The notes under the pieces: model-generated
Databases searched by the model: none
What the model was told of the DNA's origin: nothing
The model's input: only the letters and a program-made list of their open reading frames with translations
Made by a program: the position numbers and the translations under genes
In this document: positions 40,594 through 50,514 of the stretch, piece by piece
Layout of the letters: each line of letters opens with the position of its first letter
How positions within the stretch are numbered: position 1 is the first letter of the stretch
Origin: Nitrospira japonica
GTDB taxonomy: Bacteria; Nitrospirota; Thermodesulfovibrionia; Thermodesulfovibrionales; SM23-35
DNA length: 58,394 nt
Assembly: GCA_020725385.1 (NCBI GenBank)
Contig: DYFC01000062.1
Span: forward strand, 1 to 58,394
Direction: 5' to 3'

Positions 40594-41472
40594 TTAACAC
40601 TTTTTTTGCCACCACCGGTAATACCATTCACCAACAATTAGTGTTATCAAGAAAAGAATCACTCCTGCTATTACATCAACAACATAGTGATACCTGCAAT
40701 ATACTGTTGCGAAAATAAGAGCTGAAACAACTGGCAAGGCAATCCAGAAGAAAACACGGCTGTATTTCCATGAAAGATATAGAACCAATATAGTTATTCC
40801 TGTATGTCCGCTCGGGAAAGCATCTCTTTTTATTCCTTCGAGCCTGTTAAGCAAATCTATCAATGGTTCTGCAATTACGTATCCCTGCAACTCAATTGTT
40901 TGCAACTCTTTTAAATAGAATCTTGGACCAAGAGCTGGGAAAAGAATATATCCTAAATAAGAAAGATAAAAACATAGGAGTATTAAAAAAAGGGCTTTAT
41001 CGAATTCTTTATATTGCTTTTTATATAAAAGTATTAGACCAAAACTTATCGGGATAAAATAGTATGTTGAATAAGCAAATTGAAGTATATCTGTGAGAAT
41101 CGGATTCATTATTTTCTCAAGCATTATTGTAGGATGATTTCTGAATATAAGATAATCCAATTTTATTAAGACAGGGTCAATATCTTTCGGATTTACATAA
41201 TGAACTATCCATTCAAGGCTATCAAAAATAAGTAAGATACAAATTGTAGGAAATCCGAGGTCATAAACAAACTTTAATATTCTTCCTTTATTTTTGATTT
41301 TTATCAAAACACATTGAGAAATAAGTAACATGACATAAAGAAAAATCAAATATCTTGGTTTAGGGAGTATGTTGTAAGAAAATAATGTTAATTTTAAAAG
41401 AAAAATTATAAAAAGAATTGTTGCTGTATCTGCAGGTCTAATGCTTCTTAAAATATCCGAAATTCGTTTCAT
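40594..41472 (-). CDS. PAP2/Aur1-like membrane phosphatase
   Basis: PALGPR, AFPSGH, RYHYVVDVIAG. Confidence 0.85.
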   Translation of the reverse strand: MKRISDILRSIRPADTATILFIIFLLKLTLFSYNILPKPRYLIFLYVMLLISQCVLIKIKNKGRILKFVYDLGFPTICILLIFDSLEWIVHYVNPKDIDPVLIKLDYLIFRNHPTIMLEKIMNPILTDILQFAYSTYYFIPISFGLILLYKKQYKEFDKALFLILLCFYLSYLGYILFPALGPRFYLKELQTIELQGYVIAEPLIDLLNRLEGIKRDAFPSGHTGITILVLYLSWKYSRVFFWIALPVVSALIFATVYCRYHYVVDVIAGVILFLITLIVGEWYYRWWQKKC

Positions 41473-41969
41473 TAAAGCTTTCTAAGAGCCCTCCTTATTG
41501 CTTTTTCTTTTTTTGAAAGTTGCCTCGGGTTTCCTTTTCTGTTTACATTATGGTACCCGTAATTTTCATTCTCTTCATCGTAATCTTCTTCATTATTATA
41601 TAAAGCCTGATAAAAATCATCCGAGGATACAGGAATTGAACCACTATGCCACGCAAAATCTGCAATAGCCCTGTCAGATGTAACCACAATCCATTCTTTT
41701 TTTTCTTTTGTTATAATTCGTTTGATAACAGTATCCGCTGTATCTCCAATTCTTGAATAAATAATCTTAATTCCACCGTTAATTATATGACTTTCCTGTC
41801 CGGAACCGGACATCCAACCGTCAAAGACAAGTGTTATATCATGGCCTTTTTTCTTTTTATATTCAATAAGAGAATCGATAAGCTTATCCCTTTGCTTTTT
41901 TAAATCGCTATGAGCAGTTCCGATTAGATTATATCCATCAATAATTAAGTAAGAAATTTTATCCTCCAA
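41472..41969 (-). CDS. YacP-like NYN domain ribonuclease
   Basis: IIDGYNL, LVFDG, TADTVI, VVTSDR. Confidence 0.85.
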   Translation of the reverse strand: MEDKISYLIIDGYNLIGTAHSDLKKQRDKLIDSLIEYKKKKGHDITLVFDGWMSGSGQESHIINGGIKIIYSRIGDTADTVIKRIITKEKKEWIVVTSDRAIADFAWHSGSIPVSSDDFYQALYNNEEDYDEENENYGYHNVNRKGNPRQLSKKEKAIRRALRKL

Positions 41970-41978
41970 TTCATTAAA

Positions 41979-42866
41979 TTACATTTGTTCTACCACATAT
42001 CCTCTGTTTTTAAAAAGTTCTATAATTCCATTTTTACCTACAAGATGTCCTGCTCCTACTATAATAAAGTGAGTTTCACTGGATTCGAGGTATTTTTCGA
42101 TTCTTAAAGCCATTTTTTCATTTCTTTCATCAATAAGTTTTTTATAAACAGAGGTCATTCCATCGTAATTCTTAAAAGAACCGACTATTATTGACTCAAG
42201 CCCGGAAACATTTCCTTCATTCCATGCTTTTATAATATCATCAGTTTCTTTTGAAAGATTTTCCGCATTTTTTATTGAATAAATTAGAAAAGCTTCCTGT
42301 TCCCTATCAGAAAACTCGGATAACAGGTTTATTTGATAATCAATATTCTCAAGTTCTTTTATCTTTTTATTATTAGCCTTTGAGAGAAAATACATATCCA
42401 ATCCATATTGCGGGTCATAGCCATTTTTCATTAATTCAAGGGAAACAAGGGTTAATGCTAAAAACCATGGTTTTTGTTTATTAATTATCCATAAAGGAAA
42501 TCCGTAACCTTCAAATTTTGTTTTTAATAATCTAAAAGTACTTTCTGAGACATGTTTCTCCAAAGAATCATTGCCAGCATAAAAAGCAGTATTTAGCACC
42601 TTCTGTATATCAATCTTACTAATATCATTAACATTGGCTTCAACAGCAAGAACTTCGGATTTATCAAAAGCTTCTTCTATTTTTTTATTTAAAGGATAAT
42701 GCTCTTTTTTCATAAAATGTATTGAACCAAGAATATAGACCGTAGTTTTTTGTGATTTTACTTTCCAGAGAAATGTTTTCTGCCCGGCAGAAACATTATT
42801 TGTAAAAATATGAACCAAAAAATAAGACAAAATAAAAATAAATAATAAAATTCTTTTTCTAAACAT
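41979..42866 (-). CDS. TraB/GumN family protein
   Basis: LWKV...YILGSIH, ELE..DYQ, RNEKM, VGAGHLVG. Confidence 0.88.
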   Translation of the reverse strand: MFRKRILLFIFILSYFLVHIFTNNVSAGQKTFLWKVKSQKTTVYILGSIHFMKKEHYPLNKKIEEAFDKSEVLAVEANVNDISKIDIQKVLNTAFYAGNDSLEKHVSESTFRLLKTKFEGYGFPLWIINKQKPWFLALTLVSLELMKNGYDPQYGLDMYFLSKANNKKIKELENIDYQINLLSEFSDREQEAFLIYSIKNAENLSKETDDIIKAWNEGNVSGLESIIVGSFKNYDGMTSVYKKLIDERNEKMALRIEKYLESSETHFIIVGAGHLVGKNGIIELFKNRGYVVEQM

Positions 42867-43042
42867 ATATCACACGATAATAGTAAAATAATATTGAAAT
42901 TTACTATATAAATACAGCAATTACGGCAAATAGCATATATATCTATAGAATAGTCAAAATTGTATGTTTTTTTTGTTGAAATATATATATTATATTAATA
43001 TATATTAAAATATTACATTAAATCTGTTTGAAGGGGGACAAA

Positions 43043-46000
43043 ATGTTTTTACAGAAAAAGCATATAAAATCGGGAGCAATTCATTTTTCTTATTTATTTA
43101 TTCTTTTATCATTGCTGTTTCTTTCACCTTCCTTTTCAATCGCTGGTTCAATACCAACCAATCAATTACATATGCCTATGGGTGCATCTTCACCTACCGC
43201 AAATGGAGATTATGTTAGCGCTTCTTCCGGCGGACTTAATACATATTATTCATATTTTATCGAAGTGCCTCCCGGAATACCCCGTCTTGTTATAGATATT
43301 TTTGATGCTGATATTGGCGGTGCAGGTGAAGGTACAACAGGTCCGCGTGATAGACTAAGAGGTTCCTCATGGGATACATCAGCAACCTATACTTTGATTG
43401 ACCCATCAGGAAATCAAAGGCGAACACGCTTTGACATTGGAGATTCAACAAATCCCGCGGGTGCCAACAATGCATGGCTTAATTTTTATAATGGTACAGG
43501 TAATAATGTCCGTGATAATTTCGATACAATTTCATATAGTAACAACGACGGAAACCATAACTGGTCAGGTTCGTGGATTGAGAATGACCCCGGAGGATCA
43601 GGTCCTTCCTCAGGGAATATTCAAATAACTGGAGGAGAACTCCGTATTACAGGCAATACACAAAATAGAATTGAAAGAGAGGTTAATCTTTCAGCAACCG
43701 GTCTTAATCTTTCTTCAGCTTATCTGACTTTTTCCTACCGTTCATCTGCTGGTCTTAATAGCAATGATTGTGTGAATGTCTATGCTTCAGGGAACGGAGG
43801 AACTACATATACATCAATCGGTCAATTCTGCGGCGCTATTAGTTCAACAACTACATTTTTTTACGATATCTCTCCATATATCTCATCAAATACAAGAATA
43901 CGTTTTGCGGTATCAAACACTCTCGAAAGAAATGAGTATTATTATTTTGATAATGTTGAGATCCACGATGGAGGCCCGTTAACTCCGGGGCACTGGGAGT
44001 TAAGAGTTGATATGGGAACAAATGATGATATAAATGGTTTTGCAATTAGAGCACACGATGGAGATCCATCCTCATCAGGAACAGAATTAAATATCTATGC
44101 GCATTCATTTTTAGAAATAGGAGTTCATTCAGACACTGCAAACAAAATATATAATTTATATCCTTTTATAACAAGTGGATGCATAGCTGATTCAAATGAC
44201 TTTGATGCTGATAGTTCGGGTTCTTTTACTTTTACCAGCAGGACAGGATCATTTACTACGTCATCTTCGAGTATCTCCGGAAATAACGTCTGGCTGAATA
44301 CACCTTTTTCAGGTTGGACAAATGACACATGGTCTGCGGATTATGGAATCTGGAGTTTAAATTTCAATGTAATAAGATACGATCCAAGCTCGGGGAACTA
44401 TGTAACATTTTATGCAGGGAATTTTAGTGCAGCAAATCCTCCGCCAACTTCTCAACCTGAATCTAATACTTTCAGAATATATATGCCTACAGATGCGGGA
44501 ACCGCGCCTGTAAAACCAATACTTACTCAAACTCTCAGTCATGTTTCCGGTCCCAATCCTCCTTCTGTAGGAAGCACTTCAAGATTAAAAGTTCAGATTA
44601 CTTTCTTTAATCCAACACCTTTTCCGGTTTCTTTCTCTGGAGCCGGTAATATGGTAAGAGCTAATGTGCCAGGCACAGGTGTTGTTTATGCAGGAAATGC
44701 TGTAGCAAGCCAGGGGACAATCACCTCGCAACCTTCAATTGGTGGAACTGGCAACATTGTCTGGAATCCAGGCACTATATCTGCAGGTTCATTTGCTGAT
44801 TTAATATATGAAATTAATGTTACTCCGACATTATCCGGGCAGCGTATTCCGGTAACAGGTACCCCTTCGTTAAATGGAACAATAGCAGTTTATATTGATG
44901 AGACAGGGAACACAACGCAGGCCAGAGCAACCTATACTTTTGGGCCTTTATGTGAACTTGCAGTTACCGAAGGTGCTTCTTCTCTTCCAACACTTGCTTC
45001 TATATCTTCCTTTAATGCTTTTATAAAAGATAACAGAGTCTTACTTAAATGGGATACTGTATCAGAAATCGGGACAGCAGGTTTTAATATTTATAGAAAG
45101 GATAATGAATCCAATACTTATCTCAGAATAAATGAAAGATTACTCCCGGGTCTGATTTCATCACCTCAAGGAGGAACATATACTTATATTGATTTATCCG
45201 CTTTACCGGGAAACTCTTATACATATCTTATTGAAGAAATTGAACAAAGAGGCAATAAAAGAATTAATGGTCCATTTACAGTTACAGCCGAACATAATTA
45301 TTATGAGAAGATTTCCGGTTCATATAACAAGACTCCTCATAAACTGAGCGATATTAAGAAAACACGACTTGAAACCATCGAAAAGGAAAAAGCAAAGATT
45401 GAGTCTATAGCAGGACAGACTTCCTTAAATACAAAAATAAAAATTTCAATAAATGAAACAGGATTGTTTTACATCCCCAATTCCAAAATAGCCGAATTGC
45501 TCGGAACTACACCCCAAAAAATATCCACATTCATAAAGAAAAAAATGTTGAAGTTGACTAATAATGGAATAGAGGTTGCTTTTACTCCTTCTCCGAAAAA
45601 TTCGGGTATATATTTCTTTGGTGAAGCCAATTCGGGTATTTATTCAAATGAAAATATCTATTGGCTCGAATATAATTCAGGAAAGCAAATGGAAATTGTC
45701 AAAGGCAAGAAGCTTAAGCAGGCAACCGGAATTCAGACTTTTACAGAAATTTACACTGCTGAAGAAAACAAAATTCCTGCCGAGGCATTATTTACAAATC
45801 CTGATTCAGATTTTTGGTTCTGGGACTTCTTAGTTGCAGACGATGCTCAAGATGGTATTAAAATAATGAATTTTAATCTTGATTTTCCCGCAAATTCCGG
45901 AACCGTAAATTTCACAGCAAATATGTTTGGTGGAACCAATACATCACATCATGCAATTATAAGTGTAAATGGTGTAGAAATCGGTGAAGCAAAATGGGAT

Positions 46001-47473
46001 GGACTAAAACCACATCAAATTAAAGTTGACTTCAATTCGTCCATTCTTCATGATGGTGAAAATATAGTCGAAGTCAAAGGGATACTGGATAATGCTGTAC
46101 CGTATAGTATTTTCTATGTCGATTCATTCCACATTATATATCAGAGTTATTATAAAGCCCGCAACAACCAGAGAATTGTAAGAGGCAACAACAACCCTGT
46201 TGTTACCATAGAAGGGTTCGAAAAGAATGACATAAAGGTTTTTGATATTACCGACCGTCTTAATCCAAAAATTATTAACAATTTCACCATATTTAAAAAT
46301 GGAGCCAATTACAGTGTAAGTTTTGCTGGTGGTCCGGGAGAAAATACTTATCTTGCTTTAACAACGTCTGCACTTAAAAGCCCTTCATCGGTCTTTTCCG
46401 ACAGTCCATCAAATTTGAAAAATACATCTAATTCCGCTGACTATCTCATTATTACAGTTCAACAGTTACTAAATGAAACATCCCAGCTTTCTTCCTACAG
46501 ACAGGGGAAAGGCCTACAGACCATGATTGTCTTGCAGGATGACATTATGGATGAATTTAATTATGGTAATTACTCTCCTAAAGCTATCAGGGAATTTCTA
46601 AAATATGCTTATAACAATTGGGCAAAATATCCTAAATTCGTCGTAATTTCCGGTGAAGGAAATGATGATTACAAGAATTATCAAAGTCTTGGAGGAAATC
46701 TGATTCCTCCTATAATGATAGGAAGTCCTGACGGTCTATTCCCATCAGATAATTATTTTGCAGATATAAATGATGATCATATTCCCGAGATGGCAGTTGG
46801 TAGACTTCCTGCCGGGACATCTGGAGAATTGCAGGCACTAATAACAAAAATAATAGCTTACGAAAACTCTTCCGGAAACGTCTGGAAAAATAATATTATA
46901 CTTTTTGCAGATAACCCAGATAAAGGTGGTGATTTTACAGCAGATAGTAATTCACTTGCTGCTGTTATTCCTTCTGAATATTCTGTACAAAAGATTTATT
47001 TATCAGAACACTCTGTTGAAGATACAAGACAAATGCTTCTTTCGGATATAAATAATGGCGCGGTTCTTCTTAATTATCTCGGGCATGCCTCAATGGATCG
47101 TCTTACTCAAGAAGGAATTTTAACTTTAGATGATGTTGTCTCATTAAACAATAATGAAAAACTTCCTGTAATTACTGCTATGACTTGTGTCATGGGCAAT
47201 TATTCTATTGCTGGTTTTGACTCTCTTGGAGTTAGAATGCTTCTCAGACAAAATGGCGGGGTTTCTGCTGTATTCTCACCAACAGGCATGTCAATTAATT
47301 CACATGCTCTTGCTTTGGGTAAATCTTTTTATCAGTCTTATTTCGAAAAACATGGACAAACTCTTGGAGAAATAGTTTTACAGGCACTGAACAAAAGCAA
47401 AGAACAGGGAGTATCAGGATACATGCTTGATATTTACAATATATTGGGTGACCCTGCTTTACAGATAAAATAA
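43043..47473 (+). CDS. Large secreted protein with C-terminal gingipain-type C25 cysteine peptidase
   Basis: Signal peptide (ATG at 43043), Ser/Thr/Gly-rich beta domains, then ADYLII, SDNYFAD...PEMAVGRLP, YLGHA (His), MTC (Cys), YNILGDP. Confidence 0.85.
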   Translation: MFLQKKHIKSGAIHFSYLFILLSLLFLSPSFSIAGSIPTNQLHMPMGASSPTANGDYVSASSGGLNTYYSYFIEVPPGIPRLVIDIFDADIGGAGEGTTGPRDRLRGSSWDTSATYTLIDPSGNQRRTRFDIGDSTNPAGANNAWLNFYNGTGNNVRDNFDTISYSNNDGNHNWSGSWIENDPGGSGPSSGNIQITGGELRITGNTQNRIEREVNLSATGLNLSSAYLTFSYRSSAGLNSNDCVNVYASGNGGTTYTSIGQFCGAISSTTTFFYDISPYISSNTRIRFAVSNTLERNEYYYFDNVEIHDGGPLTPGHWELRVDMGTNDDINGFAIRAHDGDPSSSGTELNIYAHSFLEIGVHSDTANKIYNLYPFITSGCIADSNDFDADSSGSFTFTSRTGSFTTSSSSISGNNVWLNTPFSGWTNDTWSADYGIWSLNFNVIRYDPSSGNYVTFYAGNFSAANPPPTSQPESNTFRIYMPTDAGTAPVKPILTQTLSHVSGPNPPSVGSTSRLKVQITFFNPTPFPVSFSGAGNMVRANVPGTGVVYAGNAVASQGTITSQPSIGGTGNIVWNPGTISAGSFADLIYEINVTPTLSGQRIPVTGTPSLNGTIAVYIDETGNTTQARATYTFGPLCELAVTEGASSLPTLASISSFNAFIKDNRVLLKWDTVSEIGTAGFNIYRKDNESNTYLRINERLLPGLISSPQGGTYTYIDLSALPGNSYTYLIEEIEQRGNKRINGPFTVTAEHNYYEKISGSYNKTPHKLSDIKKTRLETIEKEKAKIESIAGQTSLNTKIKISINETGLFYIPNSKIAELLGTTPQKISTFIKKKMLKLTNNGIEVAFTPSPKNSGIYFFGEANSGIYSNENIYWLEYNSGKQMEIVKGKKLKQATGIQTFTEIYTAEENKIPAEALFTNPDSDFWFWDFLVADDAQDGIKIMNFNLDFPANSGTVNFTANMFGGTNTSHHAIISVNGVEIGEAKWDGLKPHQIKVDFNSSILHDGENIVEVKGILDNAVPYSIFYVDSFHIIYQSYYKARNNQRIVRGNNNPVVTIEGFEKNDIKVFDITDRLNPKIINNFTIFKNGANYSVSFAGGPGENTYLALTTSALKSPSSVFSDSPSNLKNTSNSADYLIITVQQLLNETSQLSSYRQGKGLQTMIVLQDDIMDEFNYGNYSPKAIREFLKYAYNNWAKYPKFVVISGEGNDDYKNYQSLGGNLIPPIMIGSPDGLFPSDNYFADINDDHIPEMAVGRLPAGTSGELQALITKIIAYENSSGNVWKNNIILFADNPDKGGDFTADSNSLAAVIPSEYSVQKIYLSEHSVEDTRQMLLSDINNGAVLLNYLGHASMDRLTQEGILTLDDVVSLNNNEKLPVITAMTCVMGNYSIAGFDSLGVRMLLRQNGGVSAVFSPTGMSINSHALALGKSFYQSYFEKHGQTLGEIVLQALNKSKEQGVSGYMLDIYNILGDPALQIK

Positions 47474-47475
47474 AT

Positions 47476-47763
47476 ATGTGGAATAAAAAATATAAAAAAG
47501 CTGATTCTGTGGTTTCACGGTCAATTGCGGGAGAGACCATTCTCGTTCCAATACGAGGAAAACTCGCTGATATGCAGAAGATTTTTGCTCTAAATAATGT
47601 TGCGAATTTTATCTGGCAGAGACTTGATGGAGAAAAAAATCTTTCCGATATATTGAATGATGTCTTGAATTATTTTGATGTTGAACAAAATCAGGCTGAA
47701 ACAGATATTCAGGATTTAATTTCAGATTTACTTAAAGAGGATCTTATTACGATACAAACCTAA
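47476..47763 (+). CDS. PqqD-family peptide chaperone / RiPP recognition element
   Basis: R.IAGETILVP...IFALNNVANFIWQRLDG...FDVE...ETD...L; 95 aa. Confidence 0.88.
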   Translation: MWNKKYKKADSVVSRSIAGETILVPIRGKLADMQKIFALNNVANFIWQRLDGEKNLSDILNDVLNYFDVEQNQAETDIQDLISDLLKEDLITIQT

Positions 47764-47764
47764 A

Positions 47765-48883
47765 ATGAAATGTCAGGAAACATCATATTTAAGTAATGTT
47801 GATTACCTGTTGAACTTCAGCAATAGAGCATATCAGGAAAGAATTCCTTTATCTGGCAGTATTGATATTACATCAAGATGCAATTTCAAATGCATACATT
47901 GTTACTATGGTTCATATAATGAGGATGAAAGAAAAGAATTAAGTACAGACAGATGGCTTTCAATAATTGATGAAATAACAGAAGCAGGATGTCTTTTTTT
48001 ACTTATTAGCGGAGGAGAACCTATATTAAGAAAAGATTTTAGCGTCATATACAGACATGCAAAAATGAATGGTATTCTTCCGACAGTATTTTCTAATGGA
48101 ACTTTAATCACCGAAGAAATTGCAACACTTTTTTCAGAATTCCCCCCTCAAGTTGTTGAAATAACAATATATGGTGCAACATCTGAAACATCTGATAGAA
48201 TTACAAAGATTAAAGGTTCACTTGAAAAATGTCTTAAAGGCATTGAGACCCTGTTACTCTACAATGTGAATGTTAAACTAAAGACAATTTTAATGACAGA
48301 AAATGCCCGTGAATTTAATGCTATTGAAAATATTGCACGAGACTTTGGTGTTCCTTTTAGATTTGATGCTGCTATCTTTCCAAGATTCAATGGTGACCGT
48401 AGCCCTTTAAAACTCAGGGTCCAACCAGAATTTGCTGTTAGTAAAGAGTTTTCAGACCCTTTAATGCTTAAAAAATATAGAGAATATTTTGAGCAGACAA
48501 AAGATTTTCCCGTTGTTGATACACTTTATATTTGTAGCGCAGGATATACTAACTTTCATATAGACCCTCATGGAAACCTAAAACCATGCTTGATGACAAA
48601 CAATTTTAGTTATAATATAGAAAAGGATACTTTTATGAATGGTTGGATTAATACCATATCAGATATAATTAGAACAAAAGCGCCTGAAGGATATAAATGT
48701 AATAAATGTGAAAAAAGAACATTATGCGGTTTTTGCCCTGCTTTTTTCCTTCTTGAAAATGGTAACGAACAATCCCGTTCAGAATATTTATGTAAAATGG
48801 GAGAAGAAAGGTATAGATTTATTATAAATAACAACGGAGGTTATAATGAAATCCCAAGACAAACAACAAAAGCAACATTATGA
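47765..48883 (+). CDS. Radical SAM/SPASM peptide maturase
   Basis: CNFKCIHC, SGGEP; SPASM cysteines CSAG...GNLKPC...CNKC....LCGFCPA...YLC. Confidence 0.9.
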   Translation: MKCQETSYLSNVDYLLNFSNRAYQERIPLSGSIDITSRCNFKCIHCYYGSYNEDERKELSTDRWLSIIDEITEAGCLFLLISGGEPILRKDFSVIYRHAKMNGILPTVFSNGTLITEEIATLFSEFPPQVVEITIYGATSETSDRITKIKGSLEKCLKGIETLLLYNVNVKLKTILMTENAREFNAIENIARDFGVPFRFDAAIFPRFNGDRSPLKLRVQPEFAVSKEFSDPLMLKKYREYFEQTKDFPVVDTLYICSAGYTNFHIDPHGNLKPCLMTNNFSYNIEKDTFMNGWINTISDIIRTKAPEGYKCNKCEKRTLCGFCPAFFLLENGNEQSRSEYLCKMGEERYRFIINNNGGYNEIPRQTTKATL

Positions 48884-49022
48884 AAAACCTGTTTTAAGGC
48901 CGATAGAGCTTATTGCAGAAGAGGTACTTGCTGTTGGGTGTAAATCAGTTAGTACCGGGACTGCACCGAGATCAGCTACACCTCCATGTATGATCAGGAA
49001 TTGTTCCGGTAAAGGTTCATAA
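48846..49022 (+). CDS. Putative RiPP precursor, 58 aa (MKSQDKQQKQHYEKPVLRPIELIAEEVLAVGCKSVSTGTAPRSATPPCMIRNCSGKGS)
   Basis: Translated by hand; it is below the track's size cutoff. GGAGG RBS at 48836-48840, YxxPxL leader motif, three Cys in the C-terminal half, and it fills the gap between rSAM and kinase genes. Confidence 0.85.
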   Translation: MKSQDKQQKQHYEKPVLRPIELIAEEVLAVGCKSVSTGTAPRSATPPCMIRNCSGKGS

Positions 49023-49036
49023 TGATTTAAAAACTA

Positions 49037-49942
49037 ATGCTAAATTTCTTCTGCCTCAATATAGCAGGCTTTAACATTGGCATAGAATCTAATGGTAGTT
49101 TACCAATAACTTTACAATCAGATCCTGCTTATAAAAATTTCATTTTTTTTAACAGAAAACCTTCTTACGATATTTTTATAAAATTAACAGATGATCTTCT
49201 TCCTGATATTTCTAACTTAAAAATACTTTTTGATAACAATGAATCATGGTCTTTATTAACTGATGGAAATTTTTATTATATAAAGTTCCAGCCTCCAGTA
49301 TTTGATAAGCCATATCTTACAGCAAAAATAAACAAAGATTTTACGGATATTTTAATATTCTGTAGCGATTTCTTAATAGAGAATCAAAATGGAATTAAAT
49401 CAATATTTAATCCGGTACATTACCCGATTGACCAGATAATACTCATGCATTACCTTGCCCTAAGAAAAGGAGTTATTTTTCATGCAGCAGGCGGCATCAT
49501 AAACAAAAAATGTTTCCTATTTATGGGACGCTCTGGTGCTGGTAAAAGCACAATTTCAAGACTTTGTTTAAAAGATAAAAGATTCTCTTTTTTAAGCGAT
49601 GATCGAATTATCGTAGGAAAAGTATTAGAGAAAATACAGGCATCAGGCACACCATGGCCCGGGGACGAAGGAATTGCCATTAACGAACACTATCCTCTCT
49701 CTGGAATTTTTTTTATTTATCATGCAACCGAAAATAGAGTTGATAAAATCTCCCCACTGAAAGCCTTCGAAAAACTACTTCCTGTTACTTCAATCCCCTG
49801 GTATGAAGAAGAGTCTATTTCAAAAATATTTTCTTTCTGCGAGGAATTAACTTCAACAATACCTGCTTATGACCTATTTTTTAAGGCAGATGAAAATATA
49901 GCTGATTTTCTTTATAATTTTATTTCCGGGATAACACAATGA
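49037..49942 (+). CDS. HPr kinase-related P-loop protein
   Basis: FHAAG, GRSGAGKST, LSDDR, GTPW. Confidence 0.8.
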   Translation: MLNFFCLNIAGFNIGIESNGSLPITLQSDPAYKNFIFFNRKPSYDIFIKLTDDLLPDISNLKILFDNNESWSLLTDGNFYYIKFQPPVFDKPYLTAKINKDFTDILIFCSDFLIENQNGIKSIFNPVHYPIDQIILMHYLALRKGVIFHAAGGIINKKCFLFMGRSGAGKSTISRLCLKDKRFSFLSDDRIIVGKVLEKIQASGTPWPGDEGIAINEHYPLSGIFFIYHATENRVDKISPLKAFEKLLPVTSIPWYEEESISKIFSFCEELTSTIPAYDLFFKADENIADFLYNFISGITQ

Positions 49943-50409
49943 ACTTCGGGAATATTCAGAATATAGAGTATGCATCATTATTTCAGGAGTTGTTGAATAA
50001 AGACATTGCTATCCGTGTCAAAGTCACCGGAAAAAGCATGAAACCATTTATAGAGGATGGTAACATAGTAATTATTAAAAAAGTGTATTTAAAAGAAATT
50101 AATATCGGTGATTTAATACTTTTTAAAGATAATTATGGACTTCCTGTTCTTCATCGTGTAATCTCAAAAAAGAAAAATCATAATGGTGAAATTATGTTTA
50201 TTACAAAAGGTGATCGTCTTGTTTCATCAGATGATCCGGTAATAAAAGATAAAGTGCTTGGAAAAGTTGTAAGAATAGATAAATATTTTAATGATAAAGT
50301 CATAAAATCAATAAATCTTGAATCTTCGATATGGAAAACACTAAATTGTTTAATCGCCATTTTTAGCTTATTGAAGACAAAATTTCTAACACCCGTAAAA
50401 TGCAGATGA
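49939..50409 (+). CDS. S24/S26 signal peptidase-like protein
   Basis: VTGKSMKP (Ser), GDLILF, LHRV (His), TKGD; no N-terminal TM anchor. Confidence 0.8.
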   Translation: MNFGNIQNIEYASLFQELLNKDIAIRVKVTGKSMKPFIEDGNIVIIKKVYLKEINIGDLILFKDNYGLPVLHRVISKKKNHNGEIMFITKGDRLVSSDDPVIKDKVLGKVVRIDKYFNDKVIKSINLESSIWKTLNCLIAIFSLLKTKFLTPVKCR

Positions 50410-50514
50410 AATAATGTAGATGTTACGAAAAAATTTATTTTTTGATACAATAACACTTTTCCTCACCTTTTATAAGGGCAACACTAAATATTAACTCCTG
50501 CAAATTCCCCCTTA

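Noticed and set aside
47476-48883. PQQ biosynthesis (pqqDE) or lasso peptide cluster
   Set aside because: No pqqB/pqqC and no ExxxY core in the peptide; no lasso cyclase or transglutaminase-like B2 protease.
50407-50409. UGA read-through at other TGA stops (S26 peptidase, cytochrome c)
   Set aside because: The domains are complete at the stop, and I saw no redox-motif context or convincing SECIS hairpin.
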